Shown in pieces: positions 1 through 13,710 of a stretch of 64,000 bases of DNA (position 1 is the stretch's first letter; each line of letters opens with the position of its first letter). The stretch spans positions 496,001 through 560,000 of the forward strand of contig JAPEUD010000003.1 in NCBI GenBank assembly GCA_026026165.1, in the 5' to 3' direction. The translations under genes were made by a program, and so were the position numbers. Origin of the DNA: Sarea resinae (taxonomy: Eukaryota). The notes below the pieces were generated by a model that had not been told where the DNA came from, searched no databases, and was given only the letters and a program-made list of their open reading frames with translations.

Positions 1-296
1 GGTCCTGATTGTCTAATGCAGCATGTTTACAAGATCAGGCTGGATCGACTCTTGCGACCATGCTTTCCATTGATATCAGCTGTACTGCGCAGTAGCTGTG
101 GTGGCGTACTCGGATTCGTGGTGCACAAGTGTGCATCTTCGGCTATTCTTGAACGTTGTGCCATGCGATAAATCCAGACGTCTACGGAGTACTGGAGTAC
201 TTCAGTATCTTATTCATGGATCCATGAGCACCTTCCTCCGAGTAATGGCTTTTGATTAGATGTGATTAGATGTGATTAGGTTATTATCGACAGGCT

Positions 297-303
297 TGAG
301 TCA
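297..303 (+). promoter_or_regulatory. Gcn4/CpcA response element TGAGTCA upstream of ARG2
   Basis: Exact TGASTCA ~135 nt upstream of an arginine-biosynthesis gene; a second copy (435-441) overlaps the predicted start codon. Confidence 0.5.
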
Positions 304-433
304 ACATTTCCTCACCGTTCTAGAGAACGGCCCCTGCAAGCCCACCTGTGTGTCGAAGAGCTTTCCGCCTTTGTCTAATTCACATGTCTTCGTACTCTCT
401 AACGTCAAGCTCTCTTCATCCCAAAGATGAAAG

Positions 434-2768
434 ATGAGTCAATGGACACTGGCCCTGGGAAAGGGCAGAGGCTTGATCAGCCCTCAGGTCTGTCAGAGAG
501 AATCCCCAAAGCTCTCGGTCAACCTCTGACGCAAGAATCGATTAGATCAAATACCCAAAGTCAGCATCGGTCGAGTACGAGCAGAAGATACCCAGGCGGT
601 GGTCGTCTCAGACCTCCACCGCACAGAATCCTGCCAGTCCAGCCAATGGTCATGAAGGCTCCAGCAAAGTCGGCAAAGTCGCAGAAGGCAAAGCCGCAGA
701 TCGGGTATGTCGATGAAACAGCATGCCCTTGCACTAGCTAACAAGACCTCAGCAACTCTTCTTGTCTGTCTTGAGCTCAACATCTACAAAGCGTGAAGCG
801 AGATCCTACCTCTCTCGCTTCAAGCCCTCAATCAAACCAATATCTAAGATCGATAAAGAGCAGGGAATTCCGAAAGATGGAGATAGCAATACAGTACCGT
901 CTGACTCACCGAAGGCATCAAGAACGAAGGCCAACCTCGACAGCCCATATCCTACAACACGAGCAGTACAAGAGAGCCCTGTTTTCGACCAATATCAAAC
1001 ATCGAGGCCGCTACTCGAGGAGTCGCCTTCTCCAATTCACGTTGCATTGGTCAAACTACGCTCGCCCCAGCTTTTAGACCGGAGAACATTGCGAGGAGTT
1101 GGCCAGACTCTTTCACAGCTCGGGCGTTTGGGCATGACTTGCGTCGTAGTGTCCGACTGCGAGTTTGCGCAACAAAAGAACAGTAAAACTGAGCGCGGCT
1201 GGCACAAGAAGGCTCTTGAGCAGGCGGGTCGCGTCGTTGACGCTATCGAGGCAAATCAAGGATCGAGAGCACGGCGTTTGGATAACGTTCTAGGGGTCTC
1301 ACAGACGGTGAATCAACAGACTTCAAATATCCGAGTCCGCTATCAAGCTCGGGTCGCCTATAGAGATTCACTATTGGCACCCTTGAGAAGGGGAATCATC
1401 CCGGTAATTGCTCCTATCGGATACACATTCGATTCGCAGCAGGCCACGCCCATTTCCGCAAATGAAGTAGTGCTAGCGCTAGCCAAGGAACTCGCGGGCA
1501 TTTCGGTAGCGCCGTTGCAAGGAGAAGACCCATTGGCTTTCGCCGAGAGGGTTGATTTACTTCAGAAGCAAACCTCACTTGATAGGCTTATAATCTTAGA
1601 TCCACTTGGAGGTATTCCTTCGACGGATCGACCCGACGGATCACACGTATTCATCAACATGGAACAAGAGTTCGAGGACATTAAGATTGAACTTCTTCAC
1701 AACACTTCTAGCGGGGTTGAGGGAAAGCCCGTGGAAAGTTTCTCGGAAGATGAGCAGCCAGATATGTCAATACTTGGTGCTAGCAATCCTTTTTCGAGAT
1801 TCGTCGAGAGCGAAATAGCCAGTATTTCTCCGAACCAGACTCAGGGCCTAGCCAAATCTCCTCTCGAAGCTGCATCAGCATCCCAGATGCATCTTCAAAA
1901 TCTGGAGCTGATTCAGCAAACCTTGGCCATCTTACCCCCAACGACGTCTGCCCTTCTAACCACGCCAGAGGAAGCAGCCAGTTCGGCAAAGCCCTCAGCT
2001 ACGCCTTTCGAGCCTTCGACTGTTGGAACGCGGAGACAGCGCAATGCACTAATACACAACCTTTTGACGGACAAGCCTGCTATCTCATCTTCTCTACCTA
2101 CCAGGCGCTTTTCTCCCGCAACCGATTCGTCCAGAAAGCCTGCTACACCTGCAATCACTTTCATCAAACGCGGGATGCCTTTGACGATCCTTCCAAATCC
2201 TCGAAAAGGCCCGTGGCAGCCTCCGCACAGGGGTAGGGCGAATCTGAGTCTGCATGATCCTCGGATTGATCTTCCTAGACTAATTCATCTGATCAACGAT
2301 TCATTCGGTCGGAAGCTGGACGTCAACCATTATCTCGACCGTATTGGCGGTCGCATAGCCGGGATCATCATTGCTGGCGAATACGAAGGCGGTGCTCTTT
2401 TGACTTGGGAAACGCCGCCGGGTGTGCCAGACGATGGCAGCGAAGCTAGCCGGCAGCGTATGGTGCCTTACCTCGATAAATTTGCAGTTCTCAAGCGCAG
2501 TCAGGGTGCAGGCGGTGTGGCAGATGCTGTTTTCAACGCTATGGTTCGTGGGTGTTTTCCGGAAGGAGTTTGTTGGCGCAGCAGAAGAGATAATCCCGTC
2601 AACAAGTGGTATTTTGAAAGATCGAAGGGGACATGGCAGATACCCGACAGCAACTGGGCGATGTTTTGGACTACGGAATCTCTGGACCAAGAACGGTTTC
2701 TGGACTATGAGGGCGTTTGTCGAGCTGTCGAACCCAGCTGGGCTGACCAGAAGGCGGTGGTAGATTAG
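434..2768 (+). CDS. ARG2: Mitochondrial amino-acid (N-acetylglutamate) acetyltransferase
   Basis: ORF 762-2768 has LSSTSTKREARSYLSRF, IHNLLTDKP and the C-terminal NAT domain (YLDKFAV, WRSRRDNPVNKWYFERS). Introns 488-545 and 705-752 join an N-terminus MSQWTLALGKGRG... in frame; the exact start is inferred. Confidence 0.92.
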
Positions 2769-3206
2769 GATGCCTTGATAGAAAGCATATAGCGGCGGGT
2801 ATACGAGGACAACAGTCCGAAAGATCAAATACAATATTTCTTCGTTCACGTATTGAATGCCCTCGTATCCATCGTACTGCGCAGTAGTCGATCATTGTAC
2901 TCATTGTACTCACGCAGGACAGGGGCTTGGTGTTTTTGTTGTCTTTGGTATTTTGACATGTGCGGCTGCAGGTCACATTGCTATGGAGTACCGGCAGGCG
3001 ATGTACGAAGTACCAATACGCAGTATGGTGCCTGGAAATGGACACTCAACAACAACCTTGAACGTCAGGCGCAGCATTCACATCTTTAAGCACGTTTCGA
3101 TCAAGCCCGCGCATACCAACACCCTCATCTCCCATCTCTCGTCCAACTACTCTCCCAAGCGTCAGTGAAGAATCCCGACTGCAGGACTCTCAAACAATAT
3201 CACAAA

Positions 3207-4711
3207 ATGGACAAAGTCTCAGCTTTCGGCAAGAACTTCTCGTAAGCTTCTCCCCTCGCCTTGACGATATGCCCCTATGAGTCCATTCATATCGGGATCG
3301 CCAGTGGGCCACTCTGATCTCACCATCGTCTGTCCAATTATAGGGCCACATTCAGCCCCTTTGCGACGAGAACTCAGCAGTATGTCAAGGAGCAGCTTGG
3401 CCAAGCTGAGGATAAGGTTGGTTGGGCGACTCATCCGCACTCTGGCAGCTTTACTGAATGTCTACCCCCTAGACTCAACTGCCTCCAGACTACATCGAGC
3501 TGGAGAAGCGCGTTGATGCGCTGAAGCAGGTTCACCAGAAGATGCTCCAAGTCACGTACGTCTACATCGTTGCAGCCCTCGGTATCGCCATTCCTGACTG
3601 ACAGGACGCTCGCTCTAGCTCACAATACTCGAACGAGGCGTATGACTACCCACCGAACATCCGCGAATCGTTCAACGACCTCGGCCGCACTATCAGTGAG
3701 AAGGTCCATCTCCTCTCTAACGCGAGCACGCCCACCGAGGCCCAGGCGGCTTTCACGGCCCCCCCGTCGGCCAAGCCGCAGCCCAAGACATTCAGCCACG
3801 CCATCGCGCGCGCCTCCCTCGCCAGCGCCCATCTCCTCGAACGCAACAACGCGGGCGCAACGGAAGACTCGCTCGCGGCCGCGCTGGAGAAATACGCTCT
3901 GGCCGAGGAGAAGGTCGGCGAGGCCCGGCTGGCGCAGGATGCGCAGATCCAGAGCCGCTTCCTGGCCGGCTGGAGCACCACGCTGAATACCAATTTGATG
4001 TTTGCGACGCGCGCGAGAAAGAGCGTGGAGAACGCACGATTGATGCTCGATGCATCGAAGACGAGGGCCAAGGCCGGTGGTGCCGCCGGTTTCAGTCTGC
4101 CTGGACAGGCTGGACGGACCGAGCAGCCTGACGACGAGAGCATGACCGAAGAGGCCCGTCTCGAGGTCGAACAGGCTGAAGACGAGTTCGTTGGCCAGAC
4201 CGAAGAAGCCGTTGGCGTCATGAAGAACGTAAGTCCTCGAATGAACCTAATTTGCCTCCCCTTGGCCGTCGCGCTATCATTACCGCACACAGACACGGTC
4301 CACTGACGCAGTATCATGCGCGCACCAGGTCCTCGACACGCCTGAGCCCCTCCGCAACCTCGCGGACCTCATCGCCGCGCAGCTGGAGTACCACAAGAAG
4401 GCCTACGAGATCCTGAGCGAGCTGGCCCCGGTCATTGACGGGCTGCAGGTCGAGCAGGAGGTGCGTCGTCACGAGTCCTACGCTCCCTGATTTGATTTTG
4501 AGATTTTCCGCTTTAACTCTTGCCTTGAATCTTGAAATCCGTCAATTCCGCGTGTGTTTCTCTGGTTCTACTTTTGCCCTCATCCGTCCTTCCCTTCCCT
4601 CGCGCAGAGAAGGCGTATCGAGATGTATATGTACGTGGCTGATGAGGCTGACTGATTCGGTGCGTACGTATAATACAGGCCAGCTACCGCAAATCCCGCG
4701 AAGGCGCTTGA
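3207..4711 (+). CDS. GVP36: BAR-domain protein Gvp36 (multi-exon)
   Basis: Spliced reading MDKVSAFGKNFS..TQLPPDYIELEKRVDALKQVHQKML..YDYPPNIRESF..EVEQAEDEFVGQTEEAVGVMKNVLDTPEPLRNL..ASYRKSREGA*; canonical introns. Confidence 0.88.
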
Positions 4712-5189
4712 TCATCCATTGCAACCACTTATCAGCCGCCCGCACCCGCCCGCATTTCTCAAGTCCACAGCACAACTCAATTACCACACAACATGGGACG
4801 AGGGAATAGAGTCACGTCAATAAATCCAGTTCCATTCGATTCTATTCTCATTTCTTGTGTTCATCCGCCTATCCACCCACACTGCTTGTCACTGCTAGGC
4901 AAGCAAGCACAAGTCTACACTCCCCTCGCCCGTGCGCCATTTTCCTGCTTGGGTGGTTCCTGTGCTCCGCGGTCTTTGTTTTTTCACAGTCAATTAGTTA
5001 GTCAGTCAGTCAGTTAGGCAGAGTCTAGCTCGGTCTTTTGTTGTTCTGTCGTTTTTCGTTTCTTCTGTTTTTATTTCTTTGTTTAGGTTTCCCGTTGGCT
5101 GCACCTAGCTAGATATGGGATAGATGATTCAATCCAGTCCATCCTCATCCACATCCGCATCCATCCTTCATCCTCCACCTAATCAAAAC

Positions 5190-5830
5190 CTCACGCATCA
5201 CGCATCACGCATCACAAGATCCAAGATCCAAGACAAAGACAAAGACAAAGACAAATAAAACTCCCCTAAGCCCTACCACCACCCCTTCCGCCATCCATAC
5301 TCTGTCCACCATACCTCGGACGCCTTAGATCCTACACTACGCCCCTACGCCCCTACGCCCCTACGCCTTGCGTCTTGCGTCTTGCGTCTTGCGCCTTACG
5401 CCTCACGTCTTAGGTCTTAGGTCTTACGCCCTACACCCCCACCGTTGCTAGACGTTGGATCCTGAACATTAGACCTTGAATGTTGGATGTCTAGATTTCA
5501 AGTCATGGATATCCACATCTACCGCATCTACCGCCGCGACTGCCGCGACCGCCATCGCCTGCCGTGACCACTGCGATCACTGCGATCTGGGATGGGAGTG
5601 GTGTACTCCGCGATTGAGAGTCGTGGGGTGTTGTCTAGGTTGTAGAGGATGTATGGGATGTATAAGGAGTCGAAGTATGAGTAGGAGTAGAAGTAGAAGT
5701 TTCAGGTATCAGGGGAAAGAGGAGGAGTAGTACAAGGAAGAGAAAGTAGAGAAACAGGAAGAGGGGGTAGAGGAAAAGGAGAAGGGGGAGGAGGAGGAGG
5801 AGGAGGAGGAGTAGTACGAGGAGGAGAAGG
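5190..5830. repeat. Cluster of short tandem repeats (CACGCAT, GACAAA, CCCCTACG, TTGCGTC, GGA)
   Basis: Directly visible arrays between the convergent 3' ends of GVP36 and the But2-domain gene. Confidence 0.8.
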
Positions 5831-6405
5831 CGAAGAAGAGTATGATTCTAGAATTGTAAATGTGCTTCTAAAGATAAATGCGGATATCGAAAATAAGTAT
5901 AGATATCGACAAAGGATATAGCTATGTGGATAGAGATATTCCATCGCTGTTTCTTCCTCCTCTTCCTACTACTAGTAGTATAGAGATACTGGTTCTTAAC
6001 GGCATTACATTTGCTAGTTGTAAGAATAAGGTATGTACATCCATGCATTGAATATATATATACATCAGTTATGTACATGATATCTCCAGATATATAGATT
6101 AGATATATCCATTAGATACATACAGAGATGGAACGGAACGCAGAGGAAACAGACAGGATAATCGGAAAGCGAGAATAGGGAGTGAGTCAGTGACTTGGCT
6201 TTAGGGATTATTAAGGTAGGGAAAAGGGACGAAAGGGAAAGGAAAGGAAAGGAAAAGAAGGAGAGCGACATGAGAAAGGAAACGGGGAAGTAGACAACAA
6301 GACTTTTCTCTCCGATACACAGACACCCAGAACCTGCTCGCCTTTTGCCTCTCTCCTATTCACAGCACATGACACCAACTCCACTGCCATCATACGCCCC
6401 ACTCT

Positions 6406-8000
6406 CTAACACTCCGTGACGAAAAGACCAATCGGACTAGGGTTAAAGTCCTCCATGAACACCAGACTCGTGCCGTTGACGCTGCTCAACTCGAACGCGA
6501 CCGTCTCGCCCGCCGGACAGGCAAAATTGGAGATGCTGTACGCGTTGCCGGGACTCACGGTCGTGGCGCCGAAATCGGTCAAGACGGCTGGCGCATTGGC
6601 GGCATCGGTGGCGTTGGTGGCGGGCGACACGAGGCGGGCGAAGTCGATGGCGCCCGAGCCGGCCGAGCTGCCGCCGGAGAACGTGAACGAGGACGTGCTG
6701 AGCTGGGCTTGGGTCGGAAAGAGGAAGATCAGCGAGCAGGTGAGGTTGGCAACCGAGGCCGGGAAGTCGAAGTTGAAGATGCTGGATACCGTCGGCGTGA
6801 TGGTGCCGTTGAACGAGGTGCCTGCTGCGGTGTTGGGTGCCGAGGACGAGACGGGGATGATGAGGTGTGGGAATTGATAGGCCCCTGATAAAGAGGTCGG
6901 GCACGTTGTTGGGTGCGCCGTGCCGGTGGCGGCCGTGATCGTGGCCGTCTGCACCGAGGTCTCGACTGTTGAGGTCGAGGAGCCGGCGAGCGTTTCCGTT
7001 TCCGTTTGCGCTTCAGTCGCGGTGGTTTCGGCGCTGGTGACGACGCTGCCGATTGCTGACGAGGCGTGCGTCGAGGCAACTGATACGGTTTCTGTTTCGG
7101 TACGAGGCGCTGAGGTGGACGTCGTCTCTGCTTTGGTTGACGTTGTTCCGGCCTCGCTTGATGTTACTCCTGTCGCCGTCTCGGTTTGCGGCGCTTCGGT
7201 TGAAGTTGACCCAGCTTCGGTTGAGGTGACTCCAGCCTGACTTGAAGTGACTCCAGCCTGACTTGAAGTCACTTCAGCCTGAGTAGAGGTGACTCCAGCT
7301 TTAGTCGATGTTGAGCCTGACCCGGTCTCAGTCTGCGGAGCTGCAGTTGAAGTTGCCGTCACAGTCCGAGTCGAGTTCGAGAGATGGGTCTGTGTCGACG
7401 CCGTCCCTGTCGACGTGGAAGTTTGGGTCTCGGTCTGACCTGAAGCAGAGCCCTGCTGGCTTGTCGCCGTGGAAGAATGAGAACTCGATGCAGAAGTAGA
7501 AGAGCCACTGTTGAAACAGGAGCTAGCCGTCAGGGAGATCTGGACGCACATCGCATTGGGCTGCGACTGCGTGTAGATATTGTACTCTCCATTCTCGCCG
7601 GTGGGGCAAGCAAAGAATGTCGTGCTCCCTCCAGACTCCAGCTGGCCAGTGCTTGAAATGGAGAATCCACTCTGAGCTGGTAGCGCTCAGTATGTGATCT
7701 TCTGTGGAGAACAAAGGAGGTTATCTCACCAGGAGCTCCAGTATCACACTGAAATTGAGTCGTTGGCGACGTCAAGATGCATCCCTTGCCGTTCTGGTCT
7801 GTGATTGCTCCATTGAGAATGGTAAAGGTCGATTGGGTCAATCCCCCTCCGATACGGACTTGTCCGTCAGTCAGTTCACCAACAGTCCCAGACTCGCTGC
7901 CGGAAGCTGTGAGTTGGAAGGGGCAGCCTGTTGTCTGCCTACGTGTGACCGCAGCAGAAGCGCCTAGGCACAAGGCCAAAGAGAAAAGTCCGTGCTTCAT
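6406..8000 (-). CDS. Secreted/cell-wall Ser/Thr-rich protein with C-terminal But2-like domain
   Basis: Signal peptide MKHGLFSLALCLGASA, dibasic VTRR, N-domain GKGCILTSPTTQFQCD, one intron near 7680-7730, Thr-rich linker with TSSQAGV repeats, C-terminal YQFPHLIIPV..SSIFNFDFP..CSLIFLFP..FNPSPIGLFVTEC. Confidence 0.8.
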
Positions 8001-11000
8001 ATTGTGTAGAAAGAGAGATTATAGAGTCTGAAACAATTGAGACGACAGAAAGTGAGACAGGGCGTCGCGGACGGGCGGTTTCCGTGGAACTGGACGCCAC
8101 TTTATATGCCAAGTCTCTTGTATCCTGGCCAACCTTTGTGAATCTGGAATTCCTCCATCTCAATGAGGACTTCGATGCAACTCTCCACAGCCTCCACTAG
8201 CGGGATGGAAAGCCACCGCACAGGTAATGAAAGATGCAGAAACGTAATACAAGCAACGCTGATTGGCATAGGCTGATCGTCTACTTTGGAAACCATTGCG
8301 ACCCGCGTTAAAATAGGCCATGCTCGCGCAGATTTCTGGTTAGTCTTGATGCTCAAAAAACTTAATATCACCACATTGCCTGTGAAGTCAACATGCCTAC
8401 CCCGGATCGACAACATCCTGGAAGATTTGCCGTGGCCCGTCTCTTAGTGCGTTCTATCTTTGGAAATTGGGGGGAACGTGGGATCCACGAAATAGATGAC
8501 GCGTGCCTGATTGACACTAGTAGACAGCTTGTCATGGCGAAATAGGTAAGTTTGGCTTCCTTTCGAGCAAAGTGTGGCTCGGTTGCGAATCAGCTGGTCG
8601 CATTCGCAAATGCGCCGACGTCTATCTGCGACCATTTGACAGACGAGGATGACAGCAATAGAAATGAATTATGAATGGGTAAAACAGAATCGTTTTGACG
8701 TCGCGACCGGAGAAAGCAGTGGTTACATCCATCGAGGCATCGGAGCGCGCAAAGCAGTCCAAAGATGCTCAAAAGTCAGTAGCCAGATTCGTAATAGTCA
8801 ACATCGTCGTCGCCAGATATCCGGGGTCAATCGTCCACAGCAGAGGTCATACGTCCTGATAGTTTAGCATCCGTCGGGTTGAAAACAAGGAGAGCCTCGA
8901 TGGCAGAATCTCGGGTAGATCGTTCCATAGATGCGAGCCGGATCTCCAGGAAACGAGAATTCTTGATTTTCTAGCAGTGTCCGGCGGGGCGGAAAATGTA
9001 AGCCTGGTTGTGGAAGTTAATGCTAGCATCAAAAAGAAATGTAAGCTTTCTCATGGGTGTCATTCGGCAGCAGGCGTTCTGACGGCCTCGATCATCGCAA
9101 TACATCAGGCCTCGAGGTATCGTCACAGCCGTTCCTCGTGACGCACCTGGAGGCCATGCAAGTTGAAAATACACGATCAGACAAATAGAGCGCGAAAGAT
9201 AGCCTCGCCTTGATTGGACAAAACAGCACATCCCAAACGAGACCTCAATCGGAGGGAGCCGTGGAAAACGACTGTTGTTCAATTGATACTGCCATGCCGT
9301 CAGCATCTTAAGCCGCTTCCAGATCGAGCATGGCGGAAAATGTGCTGATGTTCCCTGATCCAAAGATCAGCCTTTCTGCAGCTCTAGAACTCTGGCAGAT
9401 AATGTCGAGACGAGCATAACCGACGAGAGCCCTAGCGACGAGATTTCCCAATCAGAGGCCATGACCAGGGAGGGCGAGCCAAAGAGATAGCAATGAGCCG
9501 TTCCTCTTGCTCTTCGATCGGTCCATGCATTGGAATTCTTTAGGAAAATGGGCCACAGCGACGATACGTAGAATGCGCGTGATACAATCGTCCATAGTCA
9601 AGTCGCCTCACTTTCCATCGCAGCCTCTCCCCAGTAGACGTACAAGCATTCTGAGGCTATTGAGGTGCCGAGTCTCGTCGCTGCAGATGCTCCTTTCGAG
9701 CGTCCATGGTACGAAGGATGATCCGCTCTTGTTGTCTGGGAATCAAACGATGAAGCATCGGGGCCAGAACCAAACGCTTCGTGAGCTGGCAATGGAAGGG
9801 CGGGCTGCATTCACGGCCGGCATTGGGTCCCATCTAGCGATGGGAAGCTGATTGATGGCATTGCGGTACCCGCCTCTGCGTACCCTGCGTACCCTGCGTA
9901 CCCTGCGTCCATGAATGAGAAGCTTCTCCTGACAAACGGCAAGGCTTCCAGCTGATGTGAAAAGGCCCTTTGTCGTGAGAGGTGCGTCGAGGGCGGCGGC
10001 AAGGAGAGCGATCATCACGCTTTACACAGCACCATCACCATCCATCCGGTCTCCTCCTCCTTCGTAGCCTTCCTATGTACCTGGCCCTAACTCTCCTTGA
10101 CATCCATGGTTGACAGCCTACCGAAGTACCTTAGGGCCGTGGGCCGCTCCGGCTGCCTGAAATAGCGCAGTCCCCTACCTGGAGAGAAGATGAATGGCGA
10201 TCGAATCACCGAATCTGTCATGTTCTATTCTTTTCTCACCGGATACAGCATGCAGATGCAGGATGCAGCCCAGGTCCTGAAGGATCATCCTCTCCGCGAA
10301 ACTACGGAGTACCCTACAGACTAGGTGCTGTGCTCTGTACCCTAGACGGACTTAGGAGTCGTCGCAGACGATGCCGTCGCGTAAAGTATTAATACTCGTG
10401 ACGCTCATCATTCGCACGTCTTGACGGGCCCCGCAGCTCTGACATCAACCAATGCCGTGACCAGCTGCTGCCCCTCACTGCCACCACGGACGGGCACAGC
10501 TACTCAGGGTAGAGTACTAGTACCGAGTACTGCAGTCCATAGTAAGGCAGCCACTGTCTCGCCCGCGATCATTCGCCCTCATCTGCTGCCACTACTGCTA
10601 CTCTGTATGACGCGCGACCATCACCACTCGAGGTCAAGCCCAAGCCTGCTTTTCGCATCTCACATCACCATCAAGCGCTGCACTCTGCACTCTGCACTCT
10701 GCACTCATTCCTCATTCTTCATCTTCGTACCGATACGGTCCCTTGCCTCACCTCATCAACCCTTTGGAAATCGTCGATATTGCCAGGACACACCACCGAC
10801 GCCGACGACGCTACCTTCTGCCCCGCTTACTTTGACTTCGTCACTACTTGATCAGGAAGTCGAAGGAGCCCCAAAGCGACCCAAGGTTGCCATTAGCGAA
10901 CATTCCCACACCCACATATCCACACATCCACACCTGCATTCGTCACCAGCCTCACTTCCACGCTCATACCCCGATATCCGATCGACCCAGACGATAAGAA

Positions 11001-11057
11001 GAATCCCACGACATCTTGGGCGACTGTGAGGTCCTGACCTGGAAGTCATCCTTCGAG

Positions 11058-12727
11058 ATGGCTCACAACTACCGTGGATCGACCGGGAATCTGGCAGCGT
11101 ACCCGGATGATCCCCCCCTCGCTCCCCAACGATGGGATCCCGAACGCTTCATGCGCGAACGCGAGATGGCCGAGAAGTTTGCTATCAGCAGACGAGGCGA
11201 CTTCGAGCGAGATCGCTTCGAGAAGAGAGGCGGTGAAGATCGTGGCGGCAGGGAGCGAGACACGTTCGTGCGGGAACGCTCCATGTCTAGAGGAGGCCGC
11301 TTCCAGGAACGAGACTTCTTTGAAGAGGACAAGACTTCCAGACGTCCCCAGCGCCGTTCGATGATCTATGAGCAGGCCAACTACGAGAGCTCTCCGTCGC
11401 GCGCGCTTGCTCCATTCCAGCCTCCCAATCGGGATGAGAGAGCATATGGTCCTCCGCCTCCGGGGCCAGCGAGACCGAAGTTCCTTCGACGGCAATCTTC
11501 CCTCGATACATTCGACCGAGATCGACGAGCAAAGCCCAAGTTTGAATATGAGAGAGAGACCTTCCGGCCACCAGTCAACGTCCCAATCCCTCTGCCGTCA
11601 AGGCGGAGACCATCCCCTCCGCAAATGTACGAAGAGAGGGAAGTTGATGATATAAGGATTGCTGAGCCAGACTATTATGGAGACGAAGAATTTCGCGAAT
11701 ATAGAGAGAGGGAGAAGTCTGCTCCCCCCAAACGCAGCACGAGCCGATATAGGGTCAAAGAAGAGCAAACATTCGAGGAAGAGCCGCCCAAAGAATCACC
11801 GTTTCCTCGTAAGGGTAAGACCAAGATGCCCAGAAGACTGGCCAGCAGAGAGGCTGTGATCGAGCTTGGATATCCTTTCGAAGAAGAGGTATGAGATGTT
11901 CTATAGATGCGGATGACCGTTGCTCACCATGACACAGGTCGACACGATGATCATCCTCAAAGCGCTTGGGAAGGAGCAAATTGACGAAGTCATCAGAGTC
12001 ACGAAAGAAATGAGCAATAGTCAGTATAATGTTTCATCTTGCCGAACGAGACTGACAGCCCGATCTAGGTGGGCCGACTTATCATATCGAAGCTGCCCCA
12101 CCACAGCGTGAAGAGATCGTCGAACAGAAGACCACCGAAATTTACAACATGCCGCCGCCTCCGCCGGAGATGGATACCCTCTCCGTGCACTCTCATGCTC
12201 GCTCCCGTGCAAATTCGGAACATCGCTCCGAGCACCGCTCCGAACACCGCTCCGAACACCGATCCCGAGCACGGTCTAGAGCAAATTCGGTCCGCTCTTC
12301 GCGCACTCGACGCAGTCCCTCCAACGGACCCGAGATTGTCGAATTCGGCGAATCTTCCAGCTCCGTCGGTGGTCCCGTCGACGCGCTGGTCAGACCGAAG
12401 AACGATGTCATGGTTGTCCGGCAGGCGCCGCGCCACGAGAACCAGACGATGGTGATGCGGAACCCAGCGCCACGATACGAAGCCCAGCCACGATACGAGA
12501 ACCAGACGATGGTCATCCGAGACACGGGACGGCGCGACGACCGGGCGATCAAGGCGGAGATCAAAGCGCTTGAGGCGGAGAAGAAGGCGCTGAAGTACGA
12601 GCGCGAGGAAGAAGAGCAGCGCAAGAAGGCGGAGCGGATCCGGGAGGTGGGCTACGACGAGAAGACGACGATGAGGGTCGAGCGAGATCGCAGGGGTAGG
12701 TTGAGCCTGGTGAGATCTGCACAATAA
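11058..12727 (+). CDS. Conserved Arg/Glu-rich fungal protein (DUF8035-like), 3 exons
   Basis: RWDPERF, RPKFLRRQSSLDTFDR, RKGKTKMPRRL..ELGYPFEEE motifs; introns ~11890-11937 and ~12020-12068 join the ORFs in frame; RSEH tandem repeats. Confidence 0.75.
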
Positions 12728-13638
12728 CTTGGGCACTTGAAACCCTGATATTTTTGTTCTTGGTTCCGTCGCAGGCACGGTCGTCAATCCGAAAGTCGCC
12801 AACATGTTGCTCGGCACCCTGACTTGAGCGCCACCACGCTCGTCTCTCCCGGTGTCTTGCTTTTTGTCTTCTCGCAAGCCCTTTTTTGGTCTCTGAGGCT
12901 TCATACTTGATTGACATGGCGCACGCCGAGGTAGATCTCTCGAGATCCCTTCTTCTTGCTCACGACGACGGCCTTGATAGGTCTAAGGGGTCCTTCTTTC
13001 CATTTGTTTTTCCATCAAAGCTACAGCCTCATCTGCCTCATCTACCTTTCTCTCGAATTGCCCCTGTCGCTGCTGCTGCTGCTAGATACCAAGTCCCTGT
13101 CCCGTCCCCGTCCCGTCCTGTCCCGTCCTGTCCCGTCCTATCCCGTCTCGTCCAGAACCCCGCGGAGAATTTCTTCTCATTTCCATTTCCATTTTCATTT
13201 TCATTTTCATGTTCCTTGTCATCTTCCCTTTCCTGTGCTCCTCATACACGGTAAGCCAGTCGATCGAGACTGGCACACGGACAGGCCAATTGGGCAAAAC
13301 TGGGGAAGAGAGAAGAGAGCCCGGCTTATTTGTTTGTTTGTTTGTTTGTATGGATTCCAGAGAAAGACAAAAACAACAGAAGAACAAGGTCAGGTCGGGT
13401 CAGGTTAGCGGGGGGGTTGGGGGAACTGGTGTGTGAACGTGAACGTGAATGGGCCCTTTTTTTTTCTTTTTGAAGTTATTTTTAACGACCAAATTAATTG
13501 AATACACGAAATTTTGAAATGCCCCGTATCTTAGATGTTGTGTTTGAAGCCCGCACGTGCACACCCCTCTTTCTCTCTGGTGGGAGAAGGGGGGTGGGGA
13601 AATGGATGATTATACAGGAAGGAGGTTGTACATGTTTG

Positions 13639-13642
<4 letters not shown>

Positions 13643-13672
<30 letters not shown>
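13643..13672. repeat. (TC)n microsatellite
   Basis: Direct observation. Confidence 0.95.
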
Positions 13673-13677
<5 letters not shown>

Positions 13678-13710
13678 GTCTGCTGTCCGCCCACCTCAAC
13701 ATATCACAGA

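Noticed and set aside
427..741. 104-aa ORF upstream of ARG2
   Set aside because: Reads through intron 488-545 in a frame different from the spliced ARG2 exons; no recognisable motifs
10421..11029. 202-aa ORF
   Set aside because: TTG start with low-complexity CT-rich sequence; likely the promoter/5'UTR of the next gene
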